From assembly GCA_000993595.1 (NCBI GenBank), contig LBWJ01000009.1:5935-69934 (forward strand): DNA of 64,000 nucleotides, given 5' to 3'. Shown here piece by piece: positions 27,983 to 37,776 of the stretch; position 1 is the first letter of the stretch; each line of letters starts with the position of its first letter. The position numbers and the translations under genes are program-made. Below the pieces are notes generated by a model. The model was given only the letters and a program-made list of their open reading frames with translations. It ran no database searches and was not told the origin of the DNA. Source of the DNA: Candidatus Peregrinibacteria bacterium GW2011_GWC2_39_14 (GTDB taxonomy: Bacteria; Patescibacteriota; Gracilibacteria; UBA1369; UBA12463).

Positions 27983-28834
27983 TTACTTACTCGATTCTGA
28001 CGTATCGCGATTAAGACTTTTTTCCAACTTTTTAATTGATGGGTTATTAATCAAGGCTTTCATTTGCGTGATCGCAATCCCATTTAACTTAGCGAGCCTG
28101 TTGGCTTGCGAAAAACCATCAATAATATATTGAGCATTGAGAGACTCCATGTTTACCAACACAACAAGCTGTTCAACTGTGGCATAATCTCTAATGTTCC
28201 CCTCTTTCCCTTTATTCTTGTCGCGCCATTCCTTAGCACTCATCCCAAACAAAGCAACATTCAAAATATCCCCCTCATTGGCATAAATGTGACTTGAAGT
28301 TTTTGGGCTTATCTTTTGAGGTATCAAGTGTCCCTTAATAGCATCGGTGTGGATTCGATAATTAACTTTGGCCAACATTCTTTTTACGTCCCAACCGGAC
28401 TCAATTCTTGACTTCTCCTCCTCTTTTAACCGCTGAAATTCTTTAATTAGATATAGTTTGAATTTTGGATTGATCCACATCCCAAATTCAAAGGCTATGT
28501 CTTTGTGGGCATAAGTGCCTCCATACCTACCCGCAGTGGCTTTAAGACCTATGGCATTGGTTTTTTGGACCCATTCTTTAGCGCTGATCTTGAAGCTATT
28601 CAACCCTGCTTGACTTTTAATTATGGCGAATTCGCCATAATTAAAATCCGGATTGTTAACGCTTTCCCATATCCCCAGAAATTCAACAGTATTCCTGTTC
28701 CTTAGCCAATCAGAGATGAAAAAATCTCCATCTTTTGCCTTTAGCATATCTGTCAAAGACAAATAATCTTGATCTCCCTTAGATATAAATGAAATTTTGG
28801 TTCCTTCAACTATTATTTTTTTGGTTGGTGCCAT
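27983..28834 (-). CDS. KilA-N domain DNA-binding protein
   Basis: DYLSLTDM, WLRNRNTVEFLGIWE, GRYGGTYAHKDIAFEF, YRIHTDAIK; ATG 28834 preferred. Confidence 0.92.
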   Translation of the reverse strand: MAPTKKIIVEGTKISFISKGDQDYLSLTDMLKAKDGDFFISDWLRNRNTVEFLGIWESVNNPDFNYGEFAIIKSQAGLNSFKISAKEWVQKTNAIGLKATAGRYGGTYAHKDIAFEFGMWINPKFKLYLIKEFQRLKEEEKSRIESGWDVKRMLAKVNYRIHTDAIKGHLIPQKISPKTSSHIYANEGDILNVALFGMSAKEWRDKNKGKEGNIRDYATVEQLVVLVNMESLNAQYIIDGFSQANRLAKLNGIAITQMKALINNPSIKKLEKSLNRDTSESSK

Positions 28835-28839
28835 GTTTT

Positions 28840-30420
28840 TTAGGTTATAATTTTGTCCCAATCATCCGCGATTTTCTTTTCTAACTCGTGCGATTCAGCA
28901 GTAAGAGCAGTGAATTCGCCCATCAGTTCCTTCATTCTTACATCAAAATCCACATCACTCATTTCTTTTTCTACAATTTCCACGTATCGCCCAGGATTAA
29001 GTGAATAGTCATTGGCGCGCACTTCTTCAAGTGTTGCCACTTTACACCTACCTTTTATGTCTTCGTATTTCTCTTCGCCTCCTTCCTCACGATAACGACG
29101 GACAATGTCGGCTATTTCTTGAATTTGCTCATCAGTCCATTCACTATGAGCACGATCAATCGGAGTGAAAATATCTTGAGCATTGATAAATAAAACCTTA
29201 TTTTGCCTGTCGGTGTCCGCCTTTCGTTTATCAAAAAACCAAAGGGTGCAGGAAAGAGTGGCATTCATAAACATATTGGTACCTACCGAAACGATCACAT
29301 CTACCATTCCATCATCAATCATCTTTTTACGAATTTCTTTTTCTGCATTGCCTGCATCACTGGCTGAATTTGCCATAACAAAGCCAGCTCGACCTTGCGG
29401 ATTAAGAGCACTGGCAAACATTTGCATCCAAAGATAATTGGCATTTGAGATATCTCCCTGACCAGTAATAGGAAGCCCGATATAGTAGCGCGGATCACCT
29501 TTGATTTTTGCCGCATCAATCACTGTTTGTTTATTCTTGTCTTTACCTTTGACGTTAAACGGCGGATTTGCGAGTACAAAATCAAAAGTACCGACACTGC
29601 TAAAAGCATCTTCATAGAAAGAATTAACTTCGGCGATCTTGCCAGACAAACCATGGATTGCTAGATTCATTTTGGCAGTGCGGATATTGCTTGAACCTTT
29701 TTCTTGGCCATAGATCGCAATTTCATTCATTATTTTTGCCGTTTTAGCATGTGCTTTCACAAAGTTTGCAGATTGCACAAACATTCCACCACTTCCACAG
29801 GCAGGATCCAAAATTTTTCCATGATATGGCTCAATAATCTCAACCAGTAATTTAACTATAGATTGTGGAGTGAAAAATTCTCCGCCTTTCGCACCTTCAG
29901 AACGTGCAAATTCACCAAGAAAGTATTCATATATTTCTCCAAAAGCATCGCCCGCTATATCGTCTGGGATTTGATTGAAGTTTTTGAGGAGCGTAATCAG
30001 TATCTGGCTGTTTTCACCAGGGATCTTGTGAAGAGAGGTAAAATCTTGAGGTAATACACCGGCAAGATCAGTGTTCTTCGCCTCAATTTCTTTCATCGCA
30101 TTGTTGACTGCTAAACCTATATTCTCACTCTCGGGAAGACTCATGAGATATGAATAAGTAGCAATTTCAGGCAAAAATAGCACGCCTTTTGATTTGTAGT
30201 GGTCAGGGGTAAGAGGAGCTTGTCTACCTTGCGTGTTATTTTTGCGCTCGGCTTCCATTTCCGCCTGAGCTCGTTTAAATCTGACATCGGCAAATTTCAG
30301 GAATATTAAACCCAGAATCGGTTCAGAGATTTCGTTGAGCTTTAATCCAGAGTTAGCACGAAGCTGTACTGCCGCAGACCAGAGTCTTTCATGAAGTTGG
30401 GTTCTGTTATTTGTTGCCAT
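28840..30420 (-). CDS. hsdM: Type I R-M methyltransferase (m6A)
   Basis: GEFFTP, DPACGSGG, ANPPFN, YSLNPGRY. Confidence 0.97.
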   Translation of the reverse strand: MATNNRTQLHERLWSAAVQLRANSGLKLNEISEPILGLIFLKFADVRFKRAQAEMEAERKNNTQGRQAPLTPDHYKSKGVLFLPEIATYSYLMSLPESENIGLAVNNAMKEIEAKNTDLAGVLPQDFTSLHKIPGENSQILITLLKNFNQIPDDIAGDAFGEIYEYFLGEFARSEGAKGGEFFTPQSIVKLLVEIIEPYHGKILDPACGSGGMFVQSANFVKAHAKTAKIMNEIAIYGQEKGSSNIRTAKMNLAIHGLSGKIAEVNSFYEDAFSSVGTFDFVLANPPFNVKGKDKNKQTVIDAAKIKGDPRYYIGLPITGQGDISNANYLWMQMFASALNPQGRAGFVMANSASDAGNAEKEIRKKMIDDGMVDVIVSVGTNMFMNATLSCTLWFFDKRKADTDRQNKVLFINAQDIFTPIDRAHSEWTDEQIQEIADIVRRYREEGGEEKYEDIKGRCKVATLEEVRANDYSLNPGRYVEIVEKEMSDVDFDVRMKELMGEFTALTAESHELEKKIADDWDKIIT

Positions 30421-30555
30421 AATTTACTTTATTTAACAAATTATATTGTATTCCATCCCGCTCTATAAATAAACCCACTTTCAGAATAAAGCTGACTGTA
30501 ATTTTGACCCATCTCTCTCTTCCTTTTCTGCGCTATAAATGTCCTTCGACATCAT

Positions 30556-30673
30556 CGTTGCACTGCGTGCAACGCGGTCCGCCTCTCTTCAGCAAAAATA
30601 ATCTTCGCTTTGCTCGACTTATTTTCGCTTCAGAGTCCTGCGCTCCGATTTGCCTCAAGAATTCGGCAAAATC
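30556..30673. repeat. Structured intergenic element with stacked hairpins
   Basis: CGTTGCAC-TGC-GTGCAACG; AGCAAAAATAA...TTATTTTCGCT; GATTTGCC...GGCAAAATC. Confidence 0.5.
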
Positions 30674-30677
30674 TCCG

Positions 30678-30748
30678 CGCGGGATACGGGAATTGAACCC
30701 GCTTTTTCGCCTTGGGAAGGCGACGTACTACCGGTGTACTAATCCCGC
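30678..30748 (-). tRNA. tRNA-Gly(CCC), no encoded CCA
   Basis: Acceptor GCGGGAT/ATCCCGC, anticodon arm TCGCC-TTCCCAA-GGCGA, T-loop TTCAATT. Confidence 0.93.
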
Positions 30749-30751
30749 GGA

Positions 30752-32059
30752 TTATGATTGAACAAAGAACGGGGCGATTAAGAGGGCGACGTTTAGGATG
30801 GCAAGGACCCAGACTGAAACCCAGCCGAAGATGCGCCAAAAACCTTTGGTGGCGTATTCGCCCATGAGGGCTTGATCTTGGGCGATTTTCATCAAGAAAT
30901 ATAAGAAGAATGGAAGAACCAAACCGTTTGCAACTTGGGAAGCGCGCATTATCATGAGGAGCGGCATACCGGGAATTGCGACTGTGATGACGCCTATAAC
31001 TAAAATGGCTGTAAAGATACCGTAAAATATTGGTGCTTCGCCGAATTTTTTATTCATGCCGAGCTCATATCCAAGAGCTTCACAAATGATATATGCGGTT
31101 GAAAGAGGCAATATGAATGCGCCGAAAATAGATGCGTTCAAAAGGCCGAATGCAAATAAATATGATGCGTATTCCCCTGCGAGAGGTGCGAGAGATAAGC
31201 CAATATCGCCAACATTATTAACCGGAATATTGTGTGCGAAAAGAGTTGCGGCACATGCGACGATCATGAAGAAAGAAAATATATCTGTGAAAATTCCGCC
31301 GATCGTTGTATCAATTTGGCTGTATTTTAAATCTTCTTTTTTGATACCTTTTTCAATTGCGGTTGATTGCAAATAAAAATACATCCATGGCGCGACAGTT
31401 GTACCGACGACACCGACTGTTGTGAATAAAAATGCGCTATCGAATTTTAATGTTGGGATGAGTAAACCTTTAAATGCGGCGCTCCAATCCGGTCCGGCCA
31501 TAAATGCGGAAATTATGTATGTGATATAAAAAAGCGCCATTGTTAAAAACAGCTTTTCTATTGATTTGTATGAGCCTTTTACGATTACGAACCATGCGAG
31601 AATTCCTGATAAAACGACTCCGATAATTGGCAAAACCGTTGTCCAAAATATAGTTTCTCCGCCGATTTGTTTGCCTAAAATATATACGGCGGAAGATATT
31701 CCGGAAAATTCACTTATTGTTGTGCCCATGTTGGAAACGAGAACGAGAGCGAGAACAAAAAGCGTTAATTTGATTCTGAATTTCTCACGAATTAATTCGG
31801 CAAGACCAAGGCGCGTGACTATTCCCGTCTTGGTTGTGATGTTCATTGTGAAAACGAGGAGGATTGTAATCGGAATGAGAGTCCATAGCATGGAATAACC
31901 AAATCTTGCCCCTGCAATTGAATACGTTGCAATTCCACCGGCGTCATTATCGACTTGTCCTGTGATTATTCCGGGTCCAATTATCGCCATCAGAATGGCT
32001 AATTTGGCCCATTTGCTCGCAAGCTTTTGCTTGATTTTTACGAGTAAGGCATTAGACAT
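30752..32059 (-). CDS. NRAMP-family divalent metal transporter (Mg-type, DNDAGG)
   Basis: GPGII...DNDAGGIATYS, GTTVAPW, about 11 TM. Confidence 0.92.
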   Translation of the reverse strand: MSNALLVKIKQKLASKWAKLAILMAIIGPGIITGQVDNDAGGIATYSIAGARFGYSMLWTLIPITILLVFTMNITTKTGIVTRLGLAELIREKFRIKLTLFVLALVLVSNMGTTISEFSGISSAVYILGKQIGGETIFWTTVLPIIGVVLSGILAWFVIVKGSYKSIEKLFLTMALFYITYIISAFMAGPDWSAAFKGLLIPTLKFDSAFLFTTVGVVGTTVAPWMYFYLQSTAIEKGIKKEDLKYSQIDTTIGGIFTDIFSFFMIVACAATLFAHNIPVNNVGDIGLSLAPLAGEYASYLFAFGLLNASIFGAFILPLSTAYIICEALGYELGMNKKFGEAPIFYGIFTAILVIGVITVAIPGMPLLMIMRASQVANGLVLPFFLYFLMKIAQDQALMGEYATKGFWRIFGWVSVWVLAILNVALLIAPFFVQS

Positions 32060-33240
32060 CGCATGACATCGTCAACGGTTATTATTCCAAGCAACTTGTG
32101 ATGCTTGTCTGTTACGGCAATTGAAAACAGATTATATTTCGTCATTATTTCAGCAACTTTTTTCACATCTGTGGCAGGATGAACTGTATGAATTTTCTTG
32201 AGCGGCTTCATGATTTTTCGCATTGGATCCATCGGATCCTTAATAAGCAAAGTCCTTGCGGAAATAACTCCAAACAATTTTCCCGCCTTATCAACTATAT
32301 AAACAAAAAATATGGATCTATATTTATTTGAAATATTTTTTATGTGAGTTGTCGCTTCTTCAACCGTCCAATCCGGATCAATTTCAACAAAATCGGAAGT
32401 CATAAGACCACCGGCCGTATCGTTTGGATATTCAATAAATTTTTCAACCGTCATACGTTTATCTCTTTTGAGATAAGAAAAAATACGTTTTGTTTCCTTT
32501 AAGTTAAGCGTTTTTACATAGTCGGCCAAATCATCTGTCGGAACGTTATCAAGAACTTCTCTTGCCTGATCTTCGCCGAGCAAATCAACAAGCAAACGCC
32601 TTTGCATTGGATTTAATTCCTGGAAAACTTTCGCGGCTTTTTCCGGTTCCAAGGCGTTGATAAGCGAAATACCTTGCTTTGGAGTAAGCTCTTCAAGGAT
32701 GTTTGCGAGATCTGCGGCATGCAGTTTTTTCAAATCATTTGAAACCGTTTTAAGACGGAGAGCGCCGTTAACAAGTTGAACATTTTTCCAATCAATCAGT
32801 TTTGGTTCAAGGCTTCTGAATATGCGCCACTTCTCAACTCCAACTCTTCGAAGAAGTCCGCGAGTGCTCATGTCTATGCCAAGAATTCGAATTCGGTCTT
32901 CCACTTTTCCGAGTTGAATGTCGTTAACACGAACAACGCGCGTGCCGGAAATATCTACGATTTGCTTATCAACAATGTCACGATAAAGCCAGAAATCTTT
33001 TAAGCTCGATTTATATTGTTCAATTTTTTCAGAGCGAATTTTTAAAGTTATTTCATCGTATGCAAAATTCTCCGCGTATGAAATTGGAATAAACATTTGC
33101 TTATCGCCCTTCTCCACAACAATGGCTTCAATAAAAGGATAATCCTCTCCACCACGCGCAATCATATCCTTCAATTTCCCAATTGTTTTTTCTGTTGCAT
33201 CAACGACTTCCGCGTTTAAATAGTGCGCGAAGAAAATCAT
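32038..33240 (-). CDS. MgtE-like cytosolic protein (PRC barrels + MgtE_N + CBS pair)
   Basis: DKQIVDISG, RVNDI, LHAADLANILEEL, TAGGLMT, LLGIITVDDV; no TM domain. Confidence 0.9.
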   Translation of the reverse strand: MIFFAHYLNAEVVDATEKTIGKLKDMIARGGEDYPFIEAIVVEKGDKQMFIPISYAENFAYDEITLKIRSEKIEQYKSSLKDFWLYRDIVDKQIVDISGTRVVRVNDIQLGKVEDRIRILGIDMSTRGLLRRVGVEKWRIFRSLEPKLIDWKNVQLVNGALRLKTVSNDLKKLHAADLANILEELTPKQGISLINALEPEKAAKVFQELNPMQRRLLVDLLGEDQAREVLDNVPTDDLADYVKTLNLKETKRIFSYLKRDKRMTVEKFIEYPNDTAGGLMTSDFVEIDPDWTVEEATTHIKNISNKYRSIFFVYIVDKAGKLFGVISARTLLIKDPMDPMRKIMKPLKKIHTVHPATDVKKVAEIMTKYNLFSIAVTDKHHKLLGIITVDDVMRCLMPYS

Positions 33241-33280
33241 GGGGGTTTGTGTTTTAATGGTACAGGGACATTTTAATGGA

Positions 33281-33340
33281 ATGCGGGGACGGAGGCAAGA
33301 GAGATGCGGGGACGGAGGCAGTTTTTGCCCCGGGCAAAAA
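33281..33340. repeat. 17-bp direct repeat plus palindrome
   Basis: ATGCGGGGACGGAGGCA at 33281-97 and 33304-20; TTTTTGCCC-C-GGGCAAAAA at 33322-40. Confidence 0.8.
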
Positions 33341-33498
33341 ATATTACGAAATTTTTAAGCTATTGCGTAATAGAGAATTCTGTCACGTGACGGAACTGAT
33401 TCAAATCAAGCTCAGAAGAATTTGCGCAAACATGTAGCTATGTTTCGATATAGATTTTTACCACGCGGCAAGCGTAAATCGATTCGCACGATCAGAAT

Positions 33499-35787
33499 TT
33501 AGCGATTTAATTTACCATCAAGCACTCTTCGAACTGCAACTCTGGCCATGTGTGCCCAATATGTTGGTCCGCCGAATCTTTTTGCCGCAATAACTCCGGC
33601 CATGGCAAGAGTCAAAGCTGCGCTTGATAGGTCGCCTGCGTGAATGCGTGTATTGACTGCGCAACCGCCGCCACCGCCTTTGTCTGCCGGTTCGGCTGTG
33701 TATGTATCTTCGCCTGCTGTATCTGTGCCGGTTAGCCCTTCGTCGCCGCCGGAAACGTCCGCTTCTGCGCCGCCTTCATCGCCTGTGGCTTCTTGGACAG
33801 CCTCCTCGACGGCTTCTTCAACAATTTCTTTAACTTCAGCCGGAGATTCGGGATTTTGTTCTGGTTTTGGTTCGGTCGTATCTACACCTTCTGCTACATC
33901 AACGCCTTCAACAACTTCTCCGGCCACTTCTTCAACCACGTCAGGATCAACGGCTTCAACGACTTCAACGGCTTCAGCTGGACCTTCGACTTGTTCGGGC
34001 TGCGTTTCTTCAACTTGTACAATTGTTTTTTGTGTATGAATTCTCATCCATGTTCCGGAAATTGCAAGCGCAACGCCTTCATCGCCTGTCTGTCCTTGAT
34101 ATGGCTCGTCCGATTGTGGGAAATCAACACCTGCTGTGTCCGCATTATCCGCGGAACCTTCGCCCATTTCGATTATGAAATCTGTTCCTTCGGGAATAAC
34201 AACTGTCATATCTTCAGAAGCAGATCCTGTGCTTGTGATAACGACGTCGGAATCCTGAGGGACGGAAACGGTTACCGGGTCCCCTTGAATCACGTCCGCG
34301 TCTCCAAAAACCGTATGACCCGGAGTTGTCTGAACTTCGTCCGAAGTGCCATATAGCTCTTGAGTTGAAGCTGAAACATCGGCCGGATTTTGACATGCGT
34401 CACCGATGCCTGTACCGGTTGTATCGATCTGTTCCTTGTTTGGAACGGTTGGGCAATTATCGATAGAATCAATTACGCCGTCTCCATCTTGGTCAATAAC
34501 AGCTTCACATGCATTTCCGACTCCATTGCCGTCCGTATCGAGTTGGTCGTTGTTTGGAGTGGCCGGGCAGTTGTCGTCGAAATTATTGATTTGATCGCCG
34601 TCTGTGTCGGGGGCGGATGCGAAAGAAACTATTCCATCATAACTGATACCTGTAACAACTGAGCTTGTAACGCCATTGTTTGTATCGAAAACAAAGTGAA
34701 CCATTTTTGTTTTTCCACCTGTATTTTCCTTTTGTGCAATGTCTAGAACATTTGGATTCACTCTTGAAAAGCCACCAATCATTGTTCCGCAGTTTGGGAC
34801 TAATGCGTGGAGAGTTGCTTCCGGAACTGCGATTTGAACGCCGGCGGAAGGGTTGGAGATGTCGAGGGAGTAAATGTTGTCGTTCATGCCAGACATAAAC
34901 CATAATTCGCTTGTGCCTGGGCGGATGCCGAAAGAAGCTTGCAAACTTTCTATCGAAACAATTTGTGGCTCTATTGAAAGATCTGTTTCGCTATATATTA
35001 ATATTTTATCTATAGTCATCGCTACAACGTTCCCATTGTACACAACTGTTTGCATAACCGAACCTGTCCCTATTCCACCTGGCAATTGAGCTTTCCCCGA
35101 TTCAGCATATTGCCCTGGTGCGGTTTGAGAAAAACGTTGAAGAAATCTCTGGTCTTTAACGTTCGTCCCAGCATACAAATAGCCACTTGAATCAAAATTC
35201 ACAGATGAAACGTATGGTTGTGCGCCACTAGCTTCTTTTGGATTTGGGATAATTCTTGTAGTGCTACCATCTGCAAATGTTAAAACTATCTTTGCTTCAT
35301 TTGGATAATCCGGCTCTGACACAGCAAACGTATCGCTTGATTCATCTCCTGCTAAATACGCTGGGCCGTTTATATCACTCGTTGCCGATTGCTCTACTAA
35401 AGTTTTTGGATCTCTAAATGATATTCTGCCTGGATCACCGCCTAAAACGGCACCAAGTTTGTTCCCTGTAAAAGCAACTTCATTCGCTCCATATTGTCCA
35501 CCTGCAGGTACAGCAACTCCGGCTGAAACAACTCCGTCTGTAACGGTTATCGCTCTTAAATTTCCACTTTCATCGGCTGTTACGATTCTATCTAATTCTT
35601 TTCCGAAAACATCTCTTGAAATTGTACCTGCTGCAAAAAGAGTCATAAGAATTCCAATTGCCCTTATCGATCCTGATGAATTTACTCTGTCAAATTCTTC
35701 AGCCGGCATACCGCCAACTTTTAAATATTCTTTAGCCTCATCGGCTAAACTAGGTCTATTGTTTTGTGAGTTTGGCGAATTAATCAT
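33499..35787 (-). CDS. Surface protein: beta-rich domain, thrombospondin type-3 repeats, acidic stalk, MYXO-CTERM-like anchor
   Basis: DxDGDxxxxxxDNCPxxPNxxQxDxxGxGxGxAC twice; E/V/P stalk; GGGGGCAV followed by a hydrophobic helix and KR. Confidence 0.82.
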   Translation of the reverse strand: MINSPNSQNNRPSLADEAKEYLKVGGMPAEEFDRVNSSGSIRAIGILMTLFAAGTISRDVFGKELDRIVTADESGNLRAITVTDGVVSAGVAVPAGGQYGANEVAFTGNKLGAVLGGDPGRISFRDPKTLVEQSATSDINGPAYLAGDESSDTFAVSEPDYPNEAKIVLTFADGSTTRIIPNPKEASGAQPYVSSVNFDSSGYLYAGTNVKDQRFLQRFSQTAPGQYAESGKAQLPGGIGTGSVMQTVVYNGNVVAMTIDKILIYSETDLSIEPQIVSIESLQASFGIRPGTSELWFMSGMNDNIYSLDISNPSAGVQIAVPEATLHALVPNCGTMIGGFSRVNPNVLDIAQKENTGGKTKMVHFVFDTNNGVTSSVVTGISYDGIVSFASAPDTDGDQINNFDDNCPATPNNDQLDTDGNGVGNACEAVIDQDGDGVIDSIDNCPTVPNKEQIDTTGTGIGDACQNPADVSASTQELYGTSDEVQTTPGHTVFGDADVIQGDPVTVSVPQDSDVVITSTGSASEDMTVVIPEGTDFIIEMGEGSADNADTAGVDFPQSDEPYQGQTGDEGVALAISGTWMRIHTQKTIVQVEETQPEQVEGPAEAVEVVEAVDPDVVEEVAGEVVEGVDVAEGVDTTEPKPEQNPESPAEVKEIVEEAVEEAVQEATGDEGGAEADVSGGDEGLTGTDTAGEDTYTAEPADKGGGGGCAVNTRIHAGDLSSAALTLAMAGVIAAKRFGGPTYWAHMARVAVRRVLDGKLNR

Positions 35788-35836
35788 TTTTAATTTTATT
35801 AAAGGAGGTTATAATACTATATATTAACCTTGTTTG

Positions 35837-37135
35837 TCAAGGCTTTTGATAAATATAATCAAAGCCTGTTGGGGTTTCATAAATATTAGCTCTGATCATA
35901 TGCCTGAATCCGCCTGAATAACCTTCTCCGATAATCACGGGAATGCCTGATATTTGACTAGTTCCTGCAGCTGGGCTCCCTCCGTTTGTTTTGTATAAAA
36001 TTTGATATTCAAGATTTGGGATGCTTGTATCACCGTCGCTTCCTACAAAATAATGCTTGCCTGCAAATGGAAATTCGAGGGTGAGACGGAGATAAGGATT
36101 CTCGATGCCAGATGGTGGTAATTTTAGTGCACTTGAAATCTTTGTCGTAGTTTTACTGTTACCAATTTTTAAATTTCCTAAATGTTCAGTGTTGCTTTGG
36201 TCTAATACTATAAAGTCTGCCTGATCCTCCCCTATATTTATTTTCAATGAAGTTATATTTGAGCCATTAAACTCTTTCCCTTTTGTAAAATTCTTCAATG
36301 GTATCATATAATCTCCATCCTCCTCCGTATATAACCCCCAGTTTACAATCGTATTCGTTTGCTCTGGCGCATACATCACGTACCTCTTTCCCGCTTCACA
36401 CATCCCCGCTCCTTCATATATCAACTCTGCTGTGGTAGGGCCATTGCCTTGATCGCCACTTGGACTTTTTATCGCTTTCGCATCACATGCCGTGCGAACC
36501 CTGACTTGAAAATCCGTGAATGTAATTTGCGTTCTTTGCCCTGCGCTATCAACCCCATATAAAGGAATTTCGATCGCTGAGTCGTTGTCTTTTAACTTAT
36601 TCCAATTGCACGGATGATCTTGAGGCTTGCCCATACCGCCACTACTTATGGTTTTTTCGATGTCTGCCGCTATGGCGGTGCCTTCTGTTGTAGAAATATA
36701 TCTCATTAATGATGCTGTAAACTTCTTCATATCTGTCGGCGCATTATATGCGTCACAATCCTTGCCGGCGGTCCCTGAACCCGGGAACGGATACGAGCTC
36801 CAAACTTCATTTTCATTGTCTGTGATCTCGTTCATCAAACCTTCGTCCGCACCAACTCCAAGCACTTTCCACTGCATATTTCCCGCACCTTCTTCGTCTT
36901 CGTCAGGCGCGCCGGACAAAACTCCTTCGCCCGGATGCTGATAATTGTATAAAGCCCTACTCATTGCGGTCTCCGCGTTATAGAAGGCTTGATTTGATTT
37001 ATATGAACCGCCCGTGCTTTTTGCCATGTTTGTCGCGGTTTGCGCAATAGTTGTGGATATCGTTAAGAATGCCATCATAAAAATCAAAGCGACGATTATA
37101 GCAATACCGGAACGAGATTTTGCGTTCCTTTTCAT
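35837..37135 (-). CDS. PilX-like type IV minor pilin
   Basis: Basic leader, G-IAIIVALIF helix, QAFYNAETAMSRAL; ATG 37135 preferred. Confidence 0.75.
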   Translation of the reverse strand: MKRNAKSRSGIAIIVALIFMMAFLTISTTIAQTATNMAKSTGGSYKSNQAFYNAETAMSRALYNYQHPGEGVLSGAPDEDEEGAGNMQWKVLGVGADEGLMNEITDNENEVWSSYPFPGSGTAGKDCDAYNAPTDMKKFTASLMRYISTTEGTAIAADIEKTISSGGMGKPQDHPCNWNKLKDNDSAIEIPLYGVDSAGQRTQITFTDFQVRVRTACDAKAIKSPSGDQGNGPTTAELIYEGAGMCEAGKRYVMYAPEQTNTIVNWGLYTEEDGDYMIPLKNFTKGKEFNGSNITSLKINIGEDQADFIVLDQSNTEHLGNLKIGNSKTTTKISSALKLPPSGIENPYLRLTLEFPFAGKHYFVGSDGDTSIPNLEYQILYKTNGGSPAAGTSQISGIPVIIGEGYSGGFRHMIRANIYETPTGFDYIYQKP

Positions 37136-37161
37136 GTTAACGGCTGTTATAAAAAGTTTTC

Positions 37162-37689
37162 TTAAGAGTGAAAAGCCTTTGTCCCCCCCCCCTCGTACCA
37201 TCCGACCGTCGCGACAACGGTCAATCTATCTTCCAGCAAATCAACTTCATCATGCCTTATTTCAATCATTCTATAGAATGCGGTATCAACGATTTGCCCG
37301 CGATACGAATTTTTATCCACAAGATAATCGTTTGCAAAAACCGAGTCCTTATTGATTTTAGTTAATTTTATTCCAAAAGTACCGGGCATAAAATCCGGTT
37401 CCAATTTATATTTTCCTTCAAATGTTTTACCCGTTTCGCATTTAAAGCCATACGTATATTGATCAAAATCCCAGCATTTTTTGTCGTATTTAATCGAATT
37501 TGCATCCAAGACCACCCTGATTGCATCAATGCCTTCGGTCAAAAAACTTTGCGCCACTAAATTATTTCGCGTTGCGACAAAGGAGCTATTTACTTTGAGA
37601 ATCATAAAAATAAGCGCGCCAATACCAATAGATACAAACAATAAAACGCTTAAAATTCTGAAATACTTGAAATTAAAAGGATTTATCAT
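37162..37689 (-). CDS. PilV-like minor pilin, C-terminus frameshifted at G10 tract
   Basis: TM helix, NNLVAQSFLTEGIDAIR, RMIEI...VVATVGW; C10 run on + strand at 37183-92. Confidence 0.65.
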   Translation of the reverse strand: MINPFNFKYFRILSVLLFVSIGIGALIFMILKVNSSFVATRNNLVAQSFLTEGIDAIRVVLDANSIKYDKKCWDFDQYTYGFKCETGKTFEGKYKLEPDFMPGTFGIKLTKINKDSVFANDYLVDKNSYRGQIVDTAFYRMIEIRHDEVDLLEDRLTVVATVGWYEGGGTKAFHS

Positions 37690-37776
37690 TTTAACGAAAT
37701 TATACAAAAATATTCTAAACCTCGACTCGTGTATTTGCAATGATTTTCTTGCTTTTTCCACGACTTAAGCACGTAC

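Larger units (their letters stand above)
11696..30660 (-). mobile_element. Defence/toxin-antitoxin island downstream of tRNA-Gly(CCC); boundaries approximate
   Basis: About 20 co-oriented TA, nuclease and R-M genes plus pseudogene relics abutting a tRNA 3' end; no integrase or att duplication seen. Confidence 0.65.

Noticed and set aside
11127..30748. attL/attR duplication of the tRNA-Gly(CCC) 3' end
   Set aside because: No second copy was found by eye at the distal end, so the island boundary stays approximate
30504..30839. ORFs overlapping tRNA-Gly(CCC)
   Set aside because: Explained by the tRNA and adjacent structured DNA
30752..33240. NRAMP plus MgtE-N pair as a novel system
   Set aside because: An already described NRAMP-related magnesium transporter arrangement
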